A stretch of DNA of 64,000 nt from a bacterium (lineage in GTDB: Bacteria; Electryoneota; Electryoneia; Electryoneales; Electryoneaceae). Position 1 is the first letter of the stretch. Every line of letters begins with the position of its first letter. A program made the position numbers and the translations under genes. The stretch covers positions 1,856,001-1,920,000 of the forward strand of contig OY769902.1 of the NCBI GenBank assembly GCA_963669175.1, read 5' to 3'. The notes beneath the pieces were generated by a model that saw only the letters and a list, made by a program, of their open reading frames with translations, searched no databases and was not told where the DNA came from. This document shows positions 39,061 to 49,937 of this stretch, piece after piece.

Positions 39061-39288
39061 TGAAAGACCACATGCGATACTACCATTCCGACGCACTCGT
39101 GGTGAAGTGATTCGAGATAACTTTTGTGTGAGTATTCCGGCAGCGTTTTGAGTTGAAGTATTCTCATGAGTACATCGGGCAACCCAACCTCTGTTTGCAG
39201 GGATGACATGTTTTTATATAAACAAGGGACCATCCCTTGGGGCAGTCCCTTGATATCATCCAACTAAACAGTTTGCAAAACAAATAAC

Positions 39289-41082
39289 CTACAAACCGAA
39301 CTTCACCTGTTCCCCGAACGAATCCGCGTATTCGAGTTCCTTCAGGTAGGTGTCGCCATCTTTTTTGAAGCGCGGGAAAATCAGGCCACGTCCCAGCGGG
39401 AAATCGGACGTCCGTTTTTCAACTTCCGGCTTCAGATCATCGGTAAAGACAATAGCCTCACGCAACGCGATGACTCCAGCTTTGTTTCCGCTGGCTTTCA
39501 GGTCGCCAACCTCTTTCAGCATAGCGGCGACAGCATCATGCGCCTTGTCGAAATCCCAGGCGAACTTCGTCTTGCCGTCCTCTTCGACCTTCATAATGAT
39601 GCCCTGATCGAGGAAGCGGTGGAACATGCCGTTACGCGCTTTGTTGTGAGCCTGTACCGGATCGAACTTCAGGCTGGTGATCATGCTGATCAGCATGTTG
39701 TCGTAGCAGGCTTTCTGTTCGTCAGCCGTTATCACGCCATCATCTACCAGTAGTTGCGAGGACCACATGCCGAACAGTTCTGCACGGCTTTCCTCCAGCC
39801 AGGAATACTCGTCTTCGAGGTAATCTCGTGCCTGCCCCTTGCTGTGTTCTGGGTCCATTTTTCCCGTTGTGTGGCCGATCTCATGCAGCGCGCTGTGGAG
39901 CTGGCCGCCGTCGAACAGGAGTTCCTTCACCGTCTCGAATTCGGCTTTGGTCAGGAATTCTTCCGACGCAAGGCTGCCGGCAACCTTGTGGACTGCACGT
40001 CCGGTGTTGACATAAACCATGTTCACTGTGCCGACATTCTGGATAACCCAGTCATCATTCGGCAGGCTCTGTGCGATGGTGGTGAAGGGGCCGGTAACAT
40101 AATCGCCAGCCCAGGTCAGGACATCAACGAATTTCAGCTTGGGTAACGTAGCCGGATCGATGGTTTCGCGACGGTGTGTCCAGGGCGCGTTGGCCTCCCA
40201 CGCCTGCACATGATCGACCAGCGCTTTAAGCAGCGCTTCCGCTTCACGATTGACGACATAGACACCACCCGATGCCGCACCACGAGCGTTCTTGAAGTTG
40301 TCGAGATAAACTTCCAATGCTGTGCTGATCACGATATCAACATCACAGGTATGCTTGATCCAGGTGTAATCCGCGAGACGACGTGCTTCTTCCAGCCCGG
40401 TCTCGAGTTCCATGATCTTGGCGTCAAGGTAAAGCTTGAAACTGGGACAGGAGGTCAGGTCACGTGCGATCTTGAGATGATCAACCGCCGGACGGATTTT
40501 GTCCTCATACCAGTCTTCATTGCGTGCTACCACAGCCAGTCCGGTTTCGTCGCGGATGACAATGCTGTTGACCATGTTCGCCGCTTCACCCAGTGAGTTG
40601 AATTCTTCTTCGCTGAAGTCGCGCGGGTAGAAATTGGCCAGGTCCGGGGTGGGCATGGGGTGCGTCAAGAGAACGCCAACATCGGACAGATCCAACATTG
40701 CAGTTCCACCGGCGTTTTCCGCCAATGTCTGCAACTCGTCCATCGGGATATCGAGCAGGCAGTTTTTCCGTGGCAGCAGGGCATAGGGGCTGTTCTGCAA
40801 GTCTATCATTGCAGCATAGTCTGCCAGTTTCTGCCTGTTATCGCCTTCGGCTACTGCGAGCAGCGCATGCACGAGGCGACGAATGGTCGATGTTTTCGGT
40901 TCATACTGTTCACGAAAGATCGGGTTCATGGCGTCAGCAGCTTCAACCAGATGTCCCAATACCTGAACGTCTTCATCGCTTAAAGCATCAACAGGAAAAT
41001 CCACCTGGACAATCGCCGCTTTGCGTTGCGGTTCACCATGTTGACGATAGGGAATAAACTGAACTTCGGATGGTTGTGACAT
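39289..41082 (-). CDS. Dipeptidyl peptidase III (peptidase M49) family
   Basis: ANFYPRD, TIAQSLPND, HEIGH zinc motif, LEESRAE. Confidence 0.82.
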   Translation of the reverse strand: MSQPSEVQFIPYRQHGEPQRKAAIVQVDFPVDALSDEDVQVLGHLVEAADAMNPIFREQYEPKTSTIRRLVHALLAVAEGDNRQKLADYAAMIDLQNSPYALLPRKNCLLDIPMDELQTLAENAGGTAMLDLSDVGVLLTHPMPTPDLANFYPRDFSEEEFNSLGEAANMVNSIVIRDETGLAVVARNEDWYEDKIRPAVDHLKIARDLTSCPSFKLYLDAKIMELETGLEEARRLADYTWIKHTCDVDIVISTALEVYLDNFKNARGAASGGVYVVNREAEALLKALVDHVQAWEANAPWTHRRETIDPATLPKLKFVDVLTWAGDYVTGPFTTIAQSLPNDDWVIQNVGTVNMVYVNTGRAVHKVAGSLASEEFLTKAEFETVKELLFDGGQLHSALHEIGHTTGKMDPEHSKGQARDYLEDEYSWLEESRAELFGMWSSQLLVDDGVITADEQKACYDNMLISMITSLKFDPVQAHNKARNGMFHRFLDQGIIMKVEEDGKTKFAWDFDKAHDAVAAMLKEVGDLKASGNKAGVIALREAIVFTDDLKPEVEKRTSDFPLGRGLIFPRFKKDGDTYLKELEYADSFGEQVKFGL

Positions 41083-41248
41083 GTGTATCTCCGGGTTAAT
41101 CATGTTGGCTTGTAAGAGGAGAAGGTAGCAGAGTCAGATAACCTTATCAACCTTGTGGCTCGGTTGATAAGTGATAGCTCGATCTGGATGTCAATGGATT
41201 GTTTTTCTTCAGTTCAAGGTTAGTGACGCGAGTTTGTCAAGTTTATTT

Positions 41249-42718
41249 TTACTTCCTGAACTTGCTGGTCACCAGCTTTTTCATATTATCCAACTGCTGT
41301 CTCTCCGTTTTAAAGGCCAGCAGAATCACCCCCAGCAGAACAGGCGCCAGCAAAGATACTCCGGTTTTAATTCCCAAGCGCAAGAAAAGCCCATCCATAG
41401 TGTAATGATTCGTGAGCCAGATGATGGCGCCGGACAGAGCTGTCATCAGAAATACGCCAAGGAGGTTATAGGGAATGAAGTAGCGTTTCTGAGAAAATAC
41501 ATACATGACAACATTCATGATCAAACGTGCGCCAATCAGACCGTAAACCACCCCTAAACCGCCAAACCTCGGCATCAGCAGAAAAACCAGTCCGACCAGG
41601 GTCACCAGGCCGATTCCGCTGACCACCGGCATCGGCCCCTGGCTTTTCCCGGACTGAACCCCGGTAACCAACAGGTTGTACATCACCAGGAGCACAGAGA
41701 TAAATGCAACCGGAGCAATGTATTTCTGGGCATCAAAATAGGCTGGTTGAGTCATGAGGTAGAGGACTTCCGGTCCCCAGATAGCGATTCCGATCCAAAG
41801 GTATAACATCAAGCCGGTGAAATAGGTAAAAGCAGCTCTGAAGAAGAGTTGCGGTGATTCGCCCTCGGACAGCATCTGGAATTTTATTGCCGCATAACCC
41901 TGTGTGAACGCCTGGTAAATGAACTTGCCCGGCATCGAAATACGTTCTGCAATTCCATACAAGCCGACTTCGGCCAGATCGATTCTGTTCTTGATAATGA
42001 ATTTGGTGAACATCTCCGAAGATTGAACCAGGATAAAGTTTGGAACCAGGGGCACTCCATATACCAGCATACGTTTCAGCAGGGTTCTGTCAAGTGAAAA
42101 GCTGATTACATCACGGCTCGATAGAACAACGATTGTCAGGTTAAACAGAATGCCGACCAACTCGCCGATGATGAAGCCGATAACACCCATCCGGAATACG
42201 ACAATGAGAAGAATAGCCGTGATTATCGAAACGAGCACGTTGGTTATATTTGCCCCAACGACAGTTTTTACTCTTCGCTTGGCACGCAACGAATTGACCA
42301 GGATCATTTTTACTGAAATGATCGATGCTGAGAGTAATTTTATCCTGACAATCAGGTTAATGTTCGGGATTGTTGTTTCGAGCAGGGTCGCCGAAATGAG
42401 GGGCGTCAGCAATTGCAGTATAATGAAGAGAATGATTGTCGTAAATGACACGAACAGAAATGCCGTACTGGTAACAAGCGAAGGACTGTATTCTTTCTCG
42501 AAGTAATACCGGAATACAGTATGGGCCAAACCCAGCTGAGCGATAGTGATATAGAAGGGGATGAATACGGTAAGCATAGCAATGATACCGTAATCTTCCG
42601 GGGTTAGGTATGCCGTATACAGAGGTAATAAAAGAAAGCCTGCGACCTGTCCAATGATACCGGACATCCCGTAGGTCATGGAGTCTTTTATGACCATCCA
42701 AAGGCGTTTACGAAGCAT
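41249..42718 (-). CDS. Wzx-type oligosaccharide flippase
   Basis: FLLLPLYTAYLTPEDYG, YGVPLVP, VGLYGIA, many predicted TM helices. Confidence 0.9.
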   Translation of the reverse strand: MLRKRLWMVIKDSMTYGMSGIIGQVAGFLLLPLYTAYLTPEDYGIIAMLTVFIPFYITIAQLGLAHTVFRYYFEKEYSPSLVTSTAFLFVSFTTIILFIILQLLTPLISATLLETTIPNINLIVRIKLLSASIISVKMILVNSLRAKRRVKTVVGANITNVLVSIITAILLIVVFRMGVIGFIIGELVGILFNLTIVVLSSRDVISFSLDRTLLKRMLVYGVPLVPNFILVQSSEMFTKFIIKNRIDLAEVGLYGIAERISMPGKFIYQAFTQGYAAIKFQMLSEGESPQLFFRAAFTYFTGLMLYLWIGIAIWGPEVLYLMTQPAYFDAQKYIAPVAFISVLLVMYNLLVTGVQSGKSQGPMPVVSGIGLVTLVGLVFLLMPRFGGLGVVYGLIGARLIMNVVMYVFSQKRYFIPYNLLGVFLMTALSGAIIWLTNHYTMDGLFLRLGIKTGVSLLAPVLLGVILLAFKTERQQLDNMKKLVTSKFRK

Positions 42719-42808
42719 TGTATCGACCAATACATGTACTACAGACTTGCCCTTGAAGGCGTGTATGACCACCTGGGAGTTTCAGTCTGAGTGTACCTGA
42801 AAAGTGCC

Positions 42809-43342
42809 TCAATTTCTACAAAAGGATTCGATGGCAAGTTCCAGCTCGTTTCTGTTCGCGAGCAGGAAGTGGGCCGCCTCACGTAATGCGCCGGACCCGC
42901 CAGCCACGGCTAATACCATGTCAGCACGATCCTTGATAAAGGGGTTGGCATCCTCAACGGTAAAGAACAAGCCAACTTTGCCGAGAAGAGAGGCATCGTT
43001 GATCTCATCACCGATATAGGCGATCTCCTCCTTCTGCAAACCATGGTCAGCCAGGATTTTCTCCAGGATGGCAGCTTTGTCGTGAATGCCGGTGAAACAG
43101 AGTGTAATGCCAAGTTTCTTTGCGCGACGAACCACAAGCTCGGTTTTCTCGCCGGTAATGATCGCGACATCAATCCCAACCTGCCTGAACAAGGCTACAC
43201 CGACTCCATCACGAACATTGAATTTCTTCAGTTCGTCGCCCTGTTCACCGTAGTACATACCACCGTCGGTGAGAACGCCATCCACATCCGTGATGAACAG
43301 TTTGATCGCTTTGCATTTCTGTTTCATCTGGTCAGGCGACAT
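42809..43342 (-). CDS. KdsC/YrbI-family HAD phosphatase (KDO-8-P / KDN-9-P / Neu5Ac-9-P phosphatase-like)
   Basis: DVDGVLTDG, FNVRDG, IITG, YIGDEIND, GGSGALRE. Confidence 0.92.
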   Translation of the reverse strand: MSPDQMKQKCKAIKLFITDVDGVLTDGGMYYGEQGDELKKFNVRDGVGVALFRQVGIDVAIITGEKTELVVRRAKKLGITLCFTGIHDKAAILEKILADHGLQKEEIAYIGDEINDASLLGKVGLFFTVEDANPFIKDRADMVLAVAGGSGALREAAHFLLANRNELELAIESFCRN

Positions 43343-44375
43343 CGAAATCCTCCAGCTTCAACAGGTTGCTGGCTTCGATATCTCTGAGCGCACGTTTGCC
43401 GACGATCTTCTTCCGGTCTTCCCATTTCAGGCCATCACCAGGACTCAACATCACCAGGTTTTCTTCTGTCAGGATGTCGCCTGCCTTTATAGTGTCACGT
43501 GCTGCCAGTGATCGCTCCAGTTTGACTTTCGCGCTCTGTGCGGCTGGATGAACGTCCTTTTTCTCCTCACCCATGGCCATTTCTGTATTACGGATATCGC
43601 GTGTCATACGATACAAGCCATCCGGCGCAAGTGAACCGGCATGATCCGTGCCTTTCATGGCACGGTCCAGGGTGAAATGTTTCTCGATCACGGTTGCACC
43701 CATACCAACCGCGACAATCGGCATGGCGATTCCGATGGAGTGGTCGGAAAAACCGATCTCCAGCCTGGGAAACTCTTTTTGCAGGTAATGAATAGAACGC
43801 AGATTGATGTTCTCGTAACGAGAAGGGTACTCGGAAAGACAATGCAGCACACTGATTTTCTTCGGGGTGCTGGAAAGAATATCCAGGGACTGACGTAATT
43901 CATCCATGGAACAAATCCCGGTGGACACGATGATATGATGGGATAATTTTCCCAGCGCCTCGATCAGCGGAATATTGGTTACGTCCCTGGAGGCGATCTT
44001 GATGGCATCGATCTTAGCCATGTCGAGCAGCTTCAATGTTGCAGGCGAGCAAAGGGTTTCGATAAAATCAAGCCCTTTGCTATGGGCATAGCGTTCCAAT
44101 TCAGCGTGTTGCTCATAAGACAATTCCAGCGCCTGCCTGTGTTCCAGGTATGTAGGGCCAAACGAATTTGCATTGACATAAGGTTTGGCTGCGGCTTCGG
44201 CACTCAGCTCTTCCGCGAGGTCACGCTTGGTAAACTTGACCGCGTCAACACGTGGAAGCTCACGTTCGAAGTAACGGTCTTCTATAGGTGCTGCGGCAGC
44301 ATCAATCAATTGCCGGGCGATATCCATGTCGCCATTATGATTCTGGCCGATTTCAGCAATGATGTATGTGTGCAT
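43332..44375 (-). CDS. N-acetylneuraminate(-9-P)/KDN-9-P synthase family (NeuB-like) with SAF domain
   Basis: IIAEIGQNHNGD, KIASRD, HCLSEYP, GFSDHS, IEKHFTLDR, SPGDG. Confidence 0.93.
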   Translation of the reverse strand: MHTYIIAEIGQNHNGDMDIARQLIDAAAAPIEDRYFERELPRVDAVKFTKRDLAEELSAEAAAKPYVNANSFGPTYLEHRQALELSYEQHAELERYAHSKGLDFIETLCSPATLKLLDMAKIDAIKIASRDVTNIPLIEALGKLSHHIIVSTGICSMDELRQSLDILSSTPKKISVLHCLSEYPSRYENINLRSIHYLQKEFPRLEIGFSDHSIGIAMPIVAVGMGATVIEKHFTLDRAMKGTDHAGSLAPDGLYRMTRDIRNTEMAMGEEKKDVHPAAQSAKVKLERSLAARDTIKAGDILTEENLVMLSPGDGLKWEDRKKIVGKRALRDIEASNLLKLEDFDVA

Positions 44376-44480
44376 GACAACTCCTCTTTCGGATCATGAT
44401 ACTAACCAGGGTACAAATGAACAATAAGGTGCTTCATCTAAACAAGATCAGTTCTAATGATAACACTCGATTATGAGTGT

Positions 44481-45329
44481 TTAATAGTCAAACTTCAGTA
44501 GTTTTTCCAACCCTTCGATCGGTAATTGCTCCCGTGCTTTCAGCGCACGTTCATGGTTGCGTTTCTGAAAATTCCCGAAACTGATGGAATTTCCATCCGG
44601 GAGTTTTACAGGCGTATCATCCGGCGGTTGCTCCAGTTTATCCATGTGATCTAATGCGTGAAGCGTGTCGCGCAGGGTTGGAGAGTATTCACCGGCATAC
44701 AACTTGTCATAAAGTTTCCGGAATAATGCCAGATCTTCCGGGGTGTCAAGGGTGATCCAGTATTTCGGGCGATTGACATCTTCCGGAGCTTCAAGAACCA
44801 GGCACCTGAAATGTTCAGGATCAAAGGCCCACAAGGTCATATACTCCGACTTGTCCGGATCGGGCATCACTTCATCGTGCAGGGGATTCAGCATTCTGCG
44901 ACTCATCACCTCGGGGCAGAATCCATGCGGCATGCCACTGACACGGGTATAGTCCGCGTCAGACTCGATATGAGCACGTACTTCCCAGTCGAGGATTTCG
45001 ATCGGAGTAAGAATGTTGTCGCCGGTGACACGGATTACCGCGTCCGCGTTTTCTGTATCTGCCACATGGATCATACGTGACAACACATCCAGCTCGTCCC
45101 CTTGAAATCCCTTGATCCCATTTTTTTCTGCGATATCGATAAGAATCGCGTCGTTAGGGTTCGTGGAGGTGCAAAGCACAATTTCATCAACAGTCTTGGA
45201 AAATTTCAGCCGATCAATCAACCATTCAATAGCCGGTCTGCCGTGAATATCAGCGATAGCCTTTTTGGGAAGCCGTGATGATTTCATCCGGACGATCAGG
45301 CAAACCGCAATTCTTTTCCCGTTATACAT
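44481..45329 (-). CDS. SpsF-like cytidylyltransferase
   Basis: RMKSSRLPKKA, GDELDVLSR, IRVTGDN, ITLDTPEDL. Confidence 0.9.
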   Translation of the reverse strand: MYNGKRIAVCLIVRMKSSRLPKKAIADIHGRPAIEWLIDRLKFSKTVDEIVLCTSTNPNDAILIDIAEKNGIKGFQGDELDVLSRMIHVADTENADAVIRVTGDNILTPIEILDWEVRAHIESDADYTRVSGMPHGFCPEVMSRRMLNPLHDEVMPDPDKSEYMTLWAFDPEHFRCLVLEAPEDVNRPKYWITLDTPEDLALFRKLYDKLYAGEYSPTLRDTLHALDHMDKLEQPPDDTPVKLPDGNSISFGNFQKRNHERALKAREQLPIEGLEKLLKFDY

Positions 45330-45345
45330 GAATATCTCTCTTTGT

Positions 45346-46359
45346 TTACTGTAGCTGGTTCAAGTAAATGTTCCGGTACCTGGCCAGCGGCTCTTTGGCC
45401 TGTTTTCCGATGACCAGATTGGCTTCCGCAGGGGACAGGCCGGTTCCTTCGCCACGCATGAACGCGATATCATCTCCGGAAATGACTTCCCCCGGCTGAA
45501 TGTCCCTGGCTGCGACAACCACTTTCTTCATGTTGGTGCGATATCGCTTTTCTCCTTCGGACATCTCGACAAAGCTTCCATTGCCAAGAGCTTTGTCTGC
45601 TGTACGAATCAGATTAACCAGCTTCTTCAGATCAGCAGGATCGACGGACGATTCATAGTCGATGCCTTTCAGAGAACGATCATCGGTGTAATGCTTCTCG
45701 ATGTAATCTACACCGGCCCCGACAGCGATCAACGGTAAGATCATAGCTAATTCTTCACCACCATCGGTGTGATCCATGTAACCGATCTCGCAGGCGAACA
45801 TGCGTTTGAGAGTCTGCATGTAACGCAGGCGGGATTCCAGCGGATCTGTTGGGTAATCCTGATAACCGTGCATCAGGATAAGCCGTTCACAACCTGCGTT
45901 TCGGACACACTGAACGGCGTTTGAGATCTCATTCAGCGTCGAACCGCCTGCGCTCAAGCTGACGGGTAATCCTGTCTTACCGACTTTTTCCAGCAAGGCC
46001 ATGTTGCTGATGTCGGTTGAGTGCAGCTTGATGACGTTTGCCCCGGATTCCAGCGACAGCTCGAGGCTACCCTCGTCAAAGATGGTGGACCAGATTTCCA
46101 TGTCATACTGCTGTGCATGCTTGAAAGCCAGGCGCCATTCTTCCGGCTTGATCTCAAGTTTCTGCATCAGTTCGAAATTGAAGTAATAGGGGCTGAAGAC
46201 CTTGTTGGTGTCGAAAACCTGGAATTGCACAATATCAGCGCCCGATTCAGCAGCGATGTCGATCAGTTTGCGTACCTGGTCAATATTCCCTTCATGGGCA
46301 CAAGCCATCTCTGCAATGATGCGAGTTCGTGAAGGTGGAAGAAGAACCGATCCCTGCAT
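45346..46359 (-). CDS. Second NeuB/SpsE-family nonulosonate synthase
   Basis: IIAEMACAHEG, KLHSTD, GYQDYPT, GYMDHT, IEKHYT, SAF tail. Confidence 0.9.
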   Translation of the reverse strand: MQGSVLLPPSRTRIIAEMACAHEGNIDQVRKLIDIAAESGADIVQFQVFDTNKVFSPYYFNFELMQKLEIKPEEWRLAFKHAQQYDMEIWSTIFDEGSLELSLESGANVIKLHSTDISNMALLEKVGKTGLPVSLSAGGSTLNEISNAVQCVRNAGCERLILMHGYQDYPTDPLESRLRYMQTLKRMFACEIGYMDHTDGGEELAMILPLIAVGAGVDYIEKHYTDDRSLKGIDYESSVDPADLKKLVNLIRTADKALGNGSFVEMSEGEKRYRTNMKKVVVAARDIQPGEVISGDDIAFMRGEGTGLSPAEANLVIGKQAKEPLARYRNIYLNQLQ

Positions 46360-46564
46360 GGCTGATCCTTGTTTCGGGTTGATGAATCGTGTTTGCCGTC
46401 TACATCTGAACTACGCAACTTACCACGCACTATGGATAGTGTCAAGCAGCAATGGTGGACAAGGTGAGTATAACGGATATGCAAAGACATATTTATGTAA
46501 AATGTGAGCATTTGAAAAGTATTTCATTGGATAAAATGTTTTGGGTGGAACAGAGAATTTCCGC

Positions 46565-47383
46565 TTATTCCAGGAATAGCGCCAGCTCATCGTTTTCAGC
46601 GGGGGCGATGGAAGGAGGTACAGGGGGCTGGTATGCAGGTCCACGTAATATCCGGATACTTCCGAACAATGCGCTCTGCTTGACCATGATTTTTCTGCTG
46701 CGGATCAGTTCCAGAATCGCCAGGAATGTTACCACCGCTTCAATCCGTTCGGTGAAACCGGCGACGAGGTCTTCGAACTTCAACGATTCCTGGTCTTTGA
46801 GAACGGTCAGGATCAGCAGGGTTTGCTCTTCGACTGTGACCTTGAACATGGCTAGCTGACGTGGAGTGCTCTTCGCCAGCCGACGTGTAACTTCACGGAA
46901 TGCTTCGGCCAGGTGTACCAGTGACACATCTTTGAGCATGGCCTCGGTTTCGTCCGGCTGAGCAATTTCCGCCGCCTCGCCGCGTGGGAAGTATTCCCGT
47001 TGTGTCGCTTCGCCTTCCGCCAGCTTGCGTGCGGCGGCGACAATCGCACGGTATACTTCTTCCAGGTCTTCGTCACGATCCAGGATCAGGTCACGTTCGA
47101 ACAGCTCTTCCTGTTCATCACCGGGCAGCAGCGCCTTGATTTTCATACGGATCAGCACTGCCGCGATGTAGAGCACTTCGCCCGCATCATCGAGATCCAG
47201 GTTCTCCATGGACCGGGCAAAGTTGAGAAAGTCTTTGGCAATTGTCGCGAGATGGAGTTCAGCGAAATCGATCTGTCGCTGCCGTACCACGTGCAGCAGC
47301 AGGTCCATCGGTCCCTCATAAACAGGGATCTCAATCTTGAATCCGGAATCGGACAGGATATCCTCACGCTTGTTGATAATCAA
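46565..47383 (-). CDS. scpA: Segregation and condensation protein A
   Basis: YEGPMDLLLHVV, AAVLIRMKIKALLP, VVTFLAILEL...Q..LFGSI. Start uncertain. Confidence 0.92.
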   Translation of the reverse strand: MIINKREDILSDSGFKIEIPVYEGPMDLLLHVVRQRQIDFAELHLATIAKDFLNFARSMENLDLDDAGEVLYIAAVLIRMKIKALLPGDEQEELFERDLILDRDEDLEEVYRAIVAAARKLAEGEATQREYFPRGEAAEIAQPDETEAMLKDVSLVHLAEAFREVTRRLAKSTPRQLAMFKVTVEEQTLLILTVLKDQESLKFEDLVAGFTERIEAVVTFLAILELIRSRKIMVKQSALFGSIRILRGPAYQPPVPPSIAPAENDELALFLE

Positions 47384-47413
47384 TGATACGGCACGGACCT
47401 GCGATTTTCAATG

Positions 47414-47654
47414 CAGCAAAAGGGGACTGTTTCCTTTTCGTAGCGTGGAAGTGAGATGTTTTGTGATACAGGTAATCGAAAAGGTGACTGTACCCTATTG
47501 CTTGTGATCCAGCTTTTAGCTCTGATCGGTTTTCTGAGGTTGAGCTTCAGCTCACCGAAAAGGGTACAGCTTCCTTTTCCTCAAAATTATCGAGATTGTC
47601 TTGATTATGGCGAGGGAAAAGGATTCCGTCCCCTTTTCGTGCCTGTCTTCGTTT
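47414..47654. repeat. Dispersed REP cassette family B, copy 2
   Basis: Near-identical to 38819-39060. Confidence 0.88.
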
Positions 47655-47793
47655 CGCAAGATCGTGAATTCATCACTTGTGTATTGGATCACCAAGATCC
47701 TCACCAACCTCGACTTGCTCTTCTGTTCATCCAGTAGATCATTTAATGTTGGAGTGGTGAATAGAGTAGTGAAGGGAAATTTTTAAGTATTTG

Positions 47794-48810
47794 TCAGGGC
47801 AATACAGCTTTGAGGATGGTTTCCGCTTTCAAGGTGGCGAGGCAGCCGTCACGCCCGCATTTACCCTTACAACCAGAGGGGCAATGTTCTGTATCCGGGT
47901 TGACCAGGCGGATCTGTTCTTTGGGCACCCATGGCCGCCAGCGCTCGGCGGAGATTGGCCTGTAATGCCCGTAAAACGACACGACCTTTGTTCCCACTGC
48001 CGCAGCCAGGTGAAGTGGTCCGGTGGAGGAGGCGACGACACGTTCTGCACCTGCCAGCAAACCAATCAACGCCCGCAGAGTTGTCTTTCCGGCAAGGTTG
48101 AACACACCCAACCCGCCATCCTCGGACAAACCGAGCCGTCGCAAGAGGGGCATGGTCTCTTCTTCGCTACCGGTTAACACGACCGGCACATGTTTCGTCA
48201 ACCGGCTGACCAGGCTGGCATAGGTGTCATACGGAAGGTTGGGCGCGGACCCACGTGACCCCGGATGCACAACCACATAGGGGTGCTTGGGATCGAGACC
48301 CTCGACAACAAGCAACTCCGCAGCCAGCTCACGATCTTCTTCGGACACATACACTTTCGCCCAGGGAGCGGTATCGTTCCAGCCAAACGGGGTTAACAGC
48401 TCAAGATTGTATTCGGATTCGTGTTTGCCGCCCTGCTTGCGACTTATGGAAACCGGTGCGTTAAAGAAAACCGAGTAGGCGCGACGCGAAGTGCCGATAC
48501 GCAGCGGAACTCCAGCGCGCCAGAGCGTCCAGGCCAGGCGTAGTTCCGGGCGCACCACAATCGCCGAATCGAATTTTTGTTCGTGCAGCAACGTACGCAG
48601 GGCACGGTTGTCATTCGAATCTGTGTGAATGGTGTGTATACAGGGATTGTTTCGCAGGATCGGTTTGGTTTGCGCCGATACCAGGGCGTGAATTTTTGTA
48701 TCCGGCCAGGCATCATGAAGCGCTTGGAAAAGCGGCGTTGTCAGCACCAGGTCACCGATAGCGTCTGTGCGACAGACAAGAACTTTCCCTCCGGGTGATG
48801 CTGCGGTCAT
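47794..48810 (-). CDS. Glycosyltransferase family 9 (ADP-heptose:LPS heptosyltransferase)
   Basis: RTDAIGDLVLTTP, VHPGS, NLAGKTTL, STGPLHLAAAVG. Confidence 0.93.
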   Translation of the reverse strand: MTAASPGGKVLVCRTDAIGDLVLTTPLFQALHDAWPDTKIHALVSAQTKPILRNNPCIHTIHTDSNDNRALRTLLHEQKFDSAIVVRPELRLAWTLWRAGVPLRIGTSRRAYSVFFNAPVSISRKQGGKHESEYNLELLTPFGWNDTAPWAKVYVSEEDRELAAELLVVEGLDPKHPYVVVHPGSRGSAPNLPYDTYASLVSRLTKHVPVVLTGSEEETMPLLRRLGLSEDGGLGVFNLAGKTTLRALIGLLAGAERVVASSTGPLHLAAAVGTKVVSFYGHYRPISAERWRPWVPKEQIRLVNPDTEHCPSGCKGKCGRDGCLATLKAETILKAVLP

Positions 48811-49670
48811 GATACGTTGTCTTTCCCGGAATCAGCTTCTTCCGGATAGGTTTCAGCCAGTTTGGATGCCGTCAGCACAGCTCCCTCTCCACGAGCGATA
48901 AGCGCGGCCTTGATATACCTGAGGAAGGTGGAATAAGCGCTACTTCCCGCCAGCAGGGCGCCACGCAAACCATCACGCCAGCCTTGTTTCAGGCAATACA
49001 TCTTGATAAAGGTCGCCAGCGCATGTGAGAATGCCGTAAAGACTCCCGATGATTTCCCGGCATTAACCGTGTCCTGGGCGGTAAGCGTAGTGTAACGGTC
49101 CAGTTTCAGCAGGTAATGAGCAAACGTAGCATCTGTATGATGCTGCAGCACTCCGTGCAAAGTCCCGACCGTTCCGTCAACGATCAGTTTCTCGTGGATA
49201 TCGCTGTCATCAAAGCGCGCTTTCCCGGAACGAATCAGGCGGACAAGCTTCTCCTGTCCCCAGCCGCCATGGCGTACCGGTTTTCCGAGGAACCAGGCAC
49301 GGCGTGTCAGGATGAAGCCATCAGCCTCTCCGGGAGTCTGCACTGCCTGAAGAATTGATTCTGCGAGTTTGCGTGAGACGATTTCATCCGCGTCAAGAGA
49401 AAGAATCCACTCGCCGGAAGTCTGTTCGAGCGAAACCTGTTTCGCCTTACCGAATCCCTCGAAAGGAATCTGTACGACTTTCGCTCCCAGTTTTTTAGCC
49501 AGCCCCACAGTGTTATCGGTAGACCCGGTATCGCAGACGACGATCTCATCCGCGAAGCCCACGGATTTGAGGCAGGCTTCCAGACGTCGCTCCTCGTTGA
49601 GTGTGATCAAGGCGACACTCAAACACGGACGAGAAAGTGACACATGCTGGTGTGAGGAATTCAAGACCAT
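48807..49670 (-). CDS. Glycosyltransferase family 2 (LPS core beta-glucosyltransferase, WaaE/KdtX-like)
   Basis: LSVALITLNEE, DTGSTD, WILSLDADE, IHE, GWRDG. True start may be a few codons downstream. Confidence 0.92.
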   Translation of the reverse strand: MVLNSSHQHVSLSRPCLSVALITLNEERRLEACLKSVGFADEIVVCDTGSTDNTVGLAKKLGAKVVQIPFEGFGKAKQVSLEQTSGEWILSLDADEIVSRKLAESILQAVQTPGEADGFILTRRAWFLGKPVRHGGWGQEKLVRLIRSGKARFDDSDIHEKLIVDGTVGTLHGVLQHHTDATFAHYLLKLDRYTTLTAQDTVNAGKSSGVFTAFSHALATFIKMYCLKQGWRDGLRGALLAGSSAYSTFLRYIKAALIARGEGAVLTASKLAETYPEEADSGKDNVS

Positions 49671-49937
49671 CCCGCAATATACAACCAGAGAGGTAGCACA
49701 ACCATAAAAGCAGGTATTACATTATTGTTTTAGTAAAACCTAATTCAATAAGGAGAGTTTTACTTAACTTGAGGTCATTGCAGGGGTTAAGCTGCTGTAC
49801 CTGTTGTCCGGCAATGCTTTATTAGTAAAGAGAGAAGTATTTGGGTAATATGGGGCGAATGATTAGCATCATGGGAAATTGCCTCCTAAATTAAAGTTTG
49901 GGTTGTTTGACAGGGACAGTTTACTGATGAGGGAACA

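Noticed and set aside
38804-39151. Small similar ORFs in cassettes A, B and C (e.g. MFCDTGNRKGDCTLL..., also at 47456)
   Set aside because: The similarity comes from the DNA repeat, and the frames are not conserved between copies.
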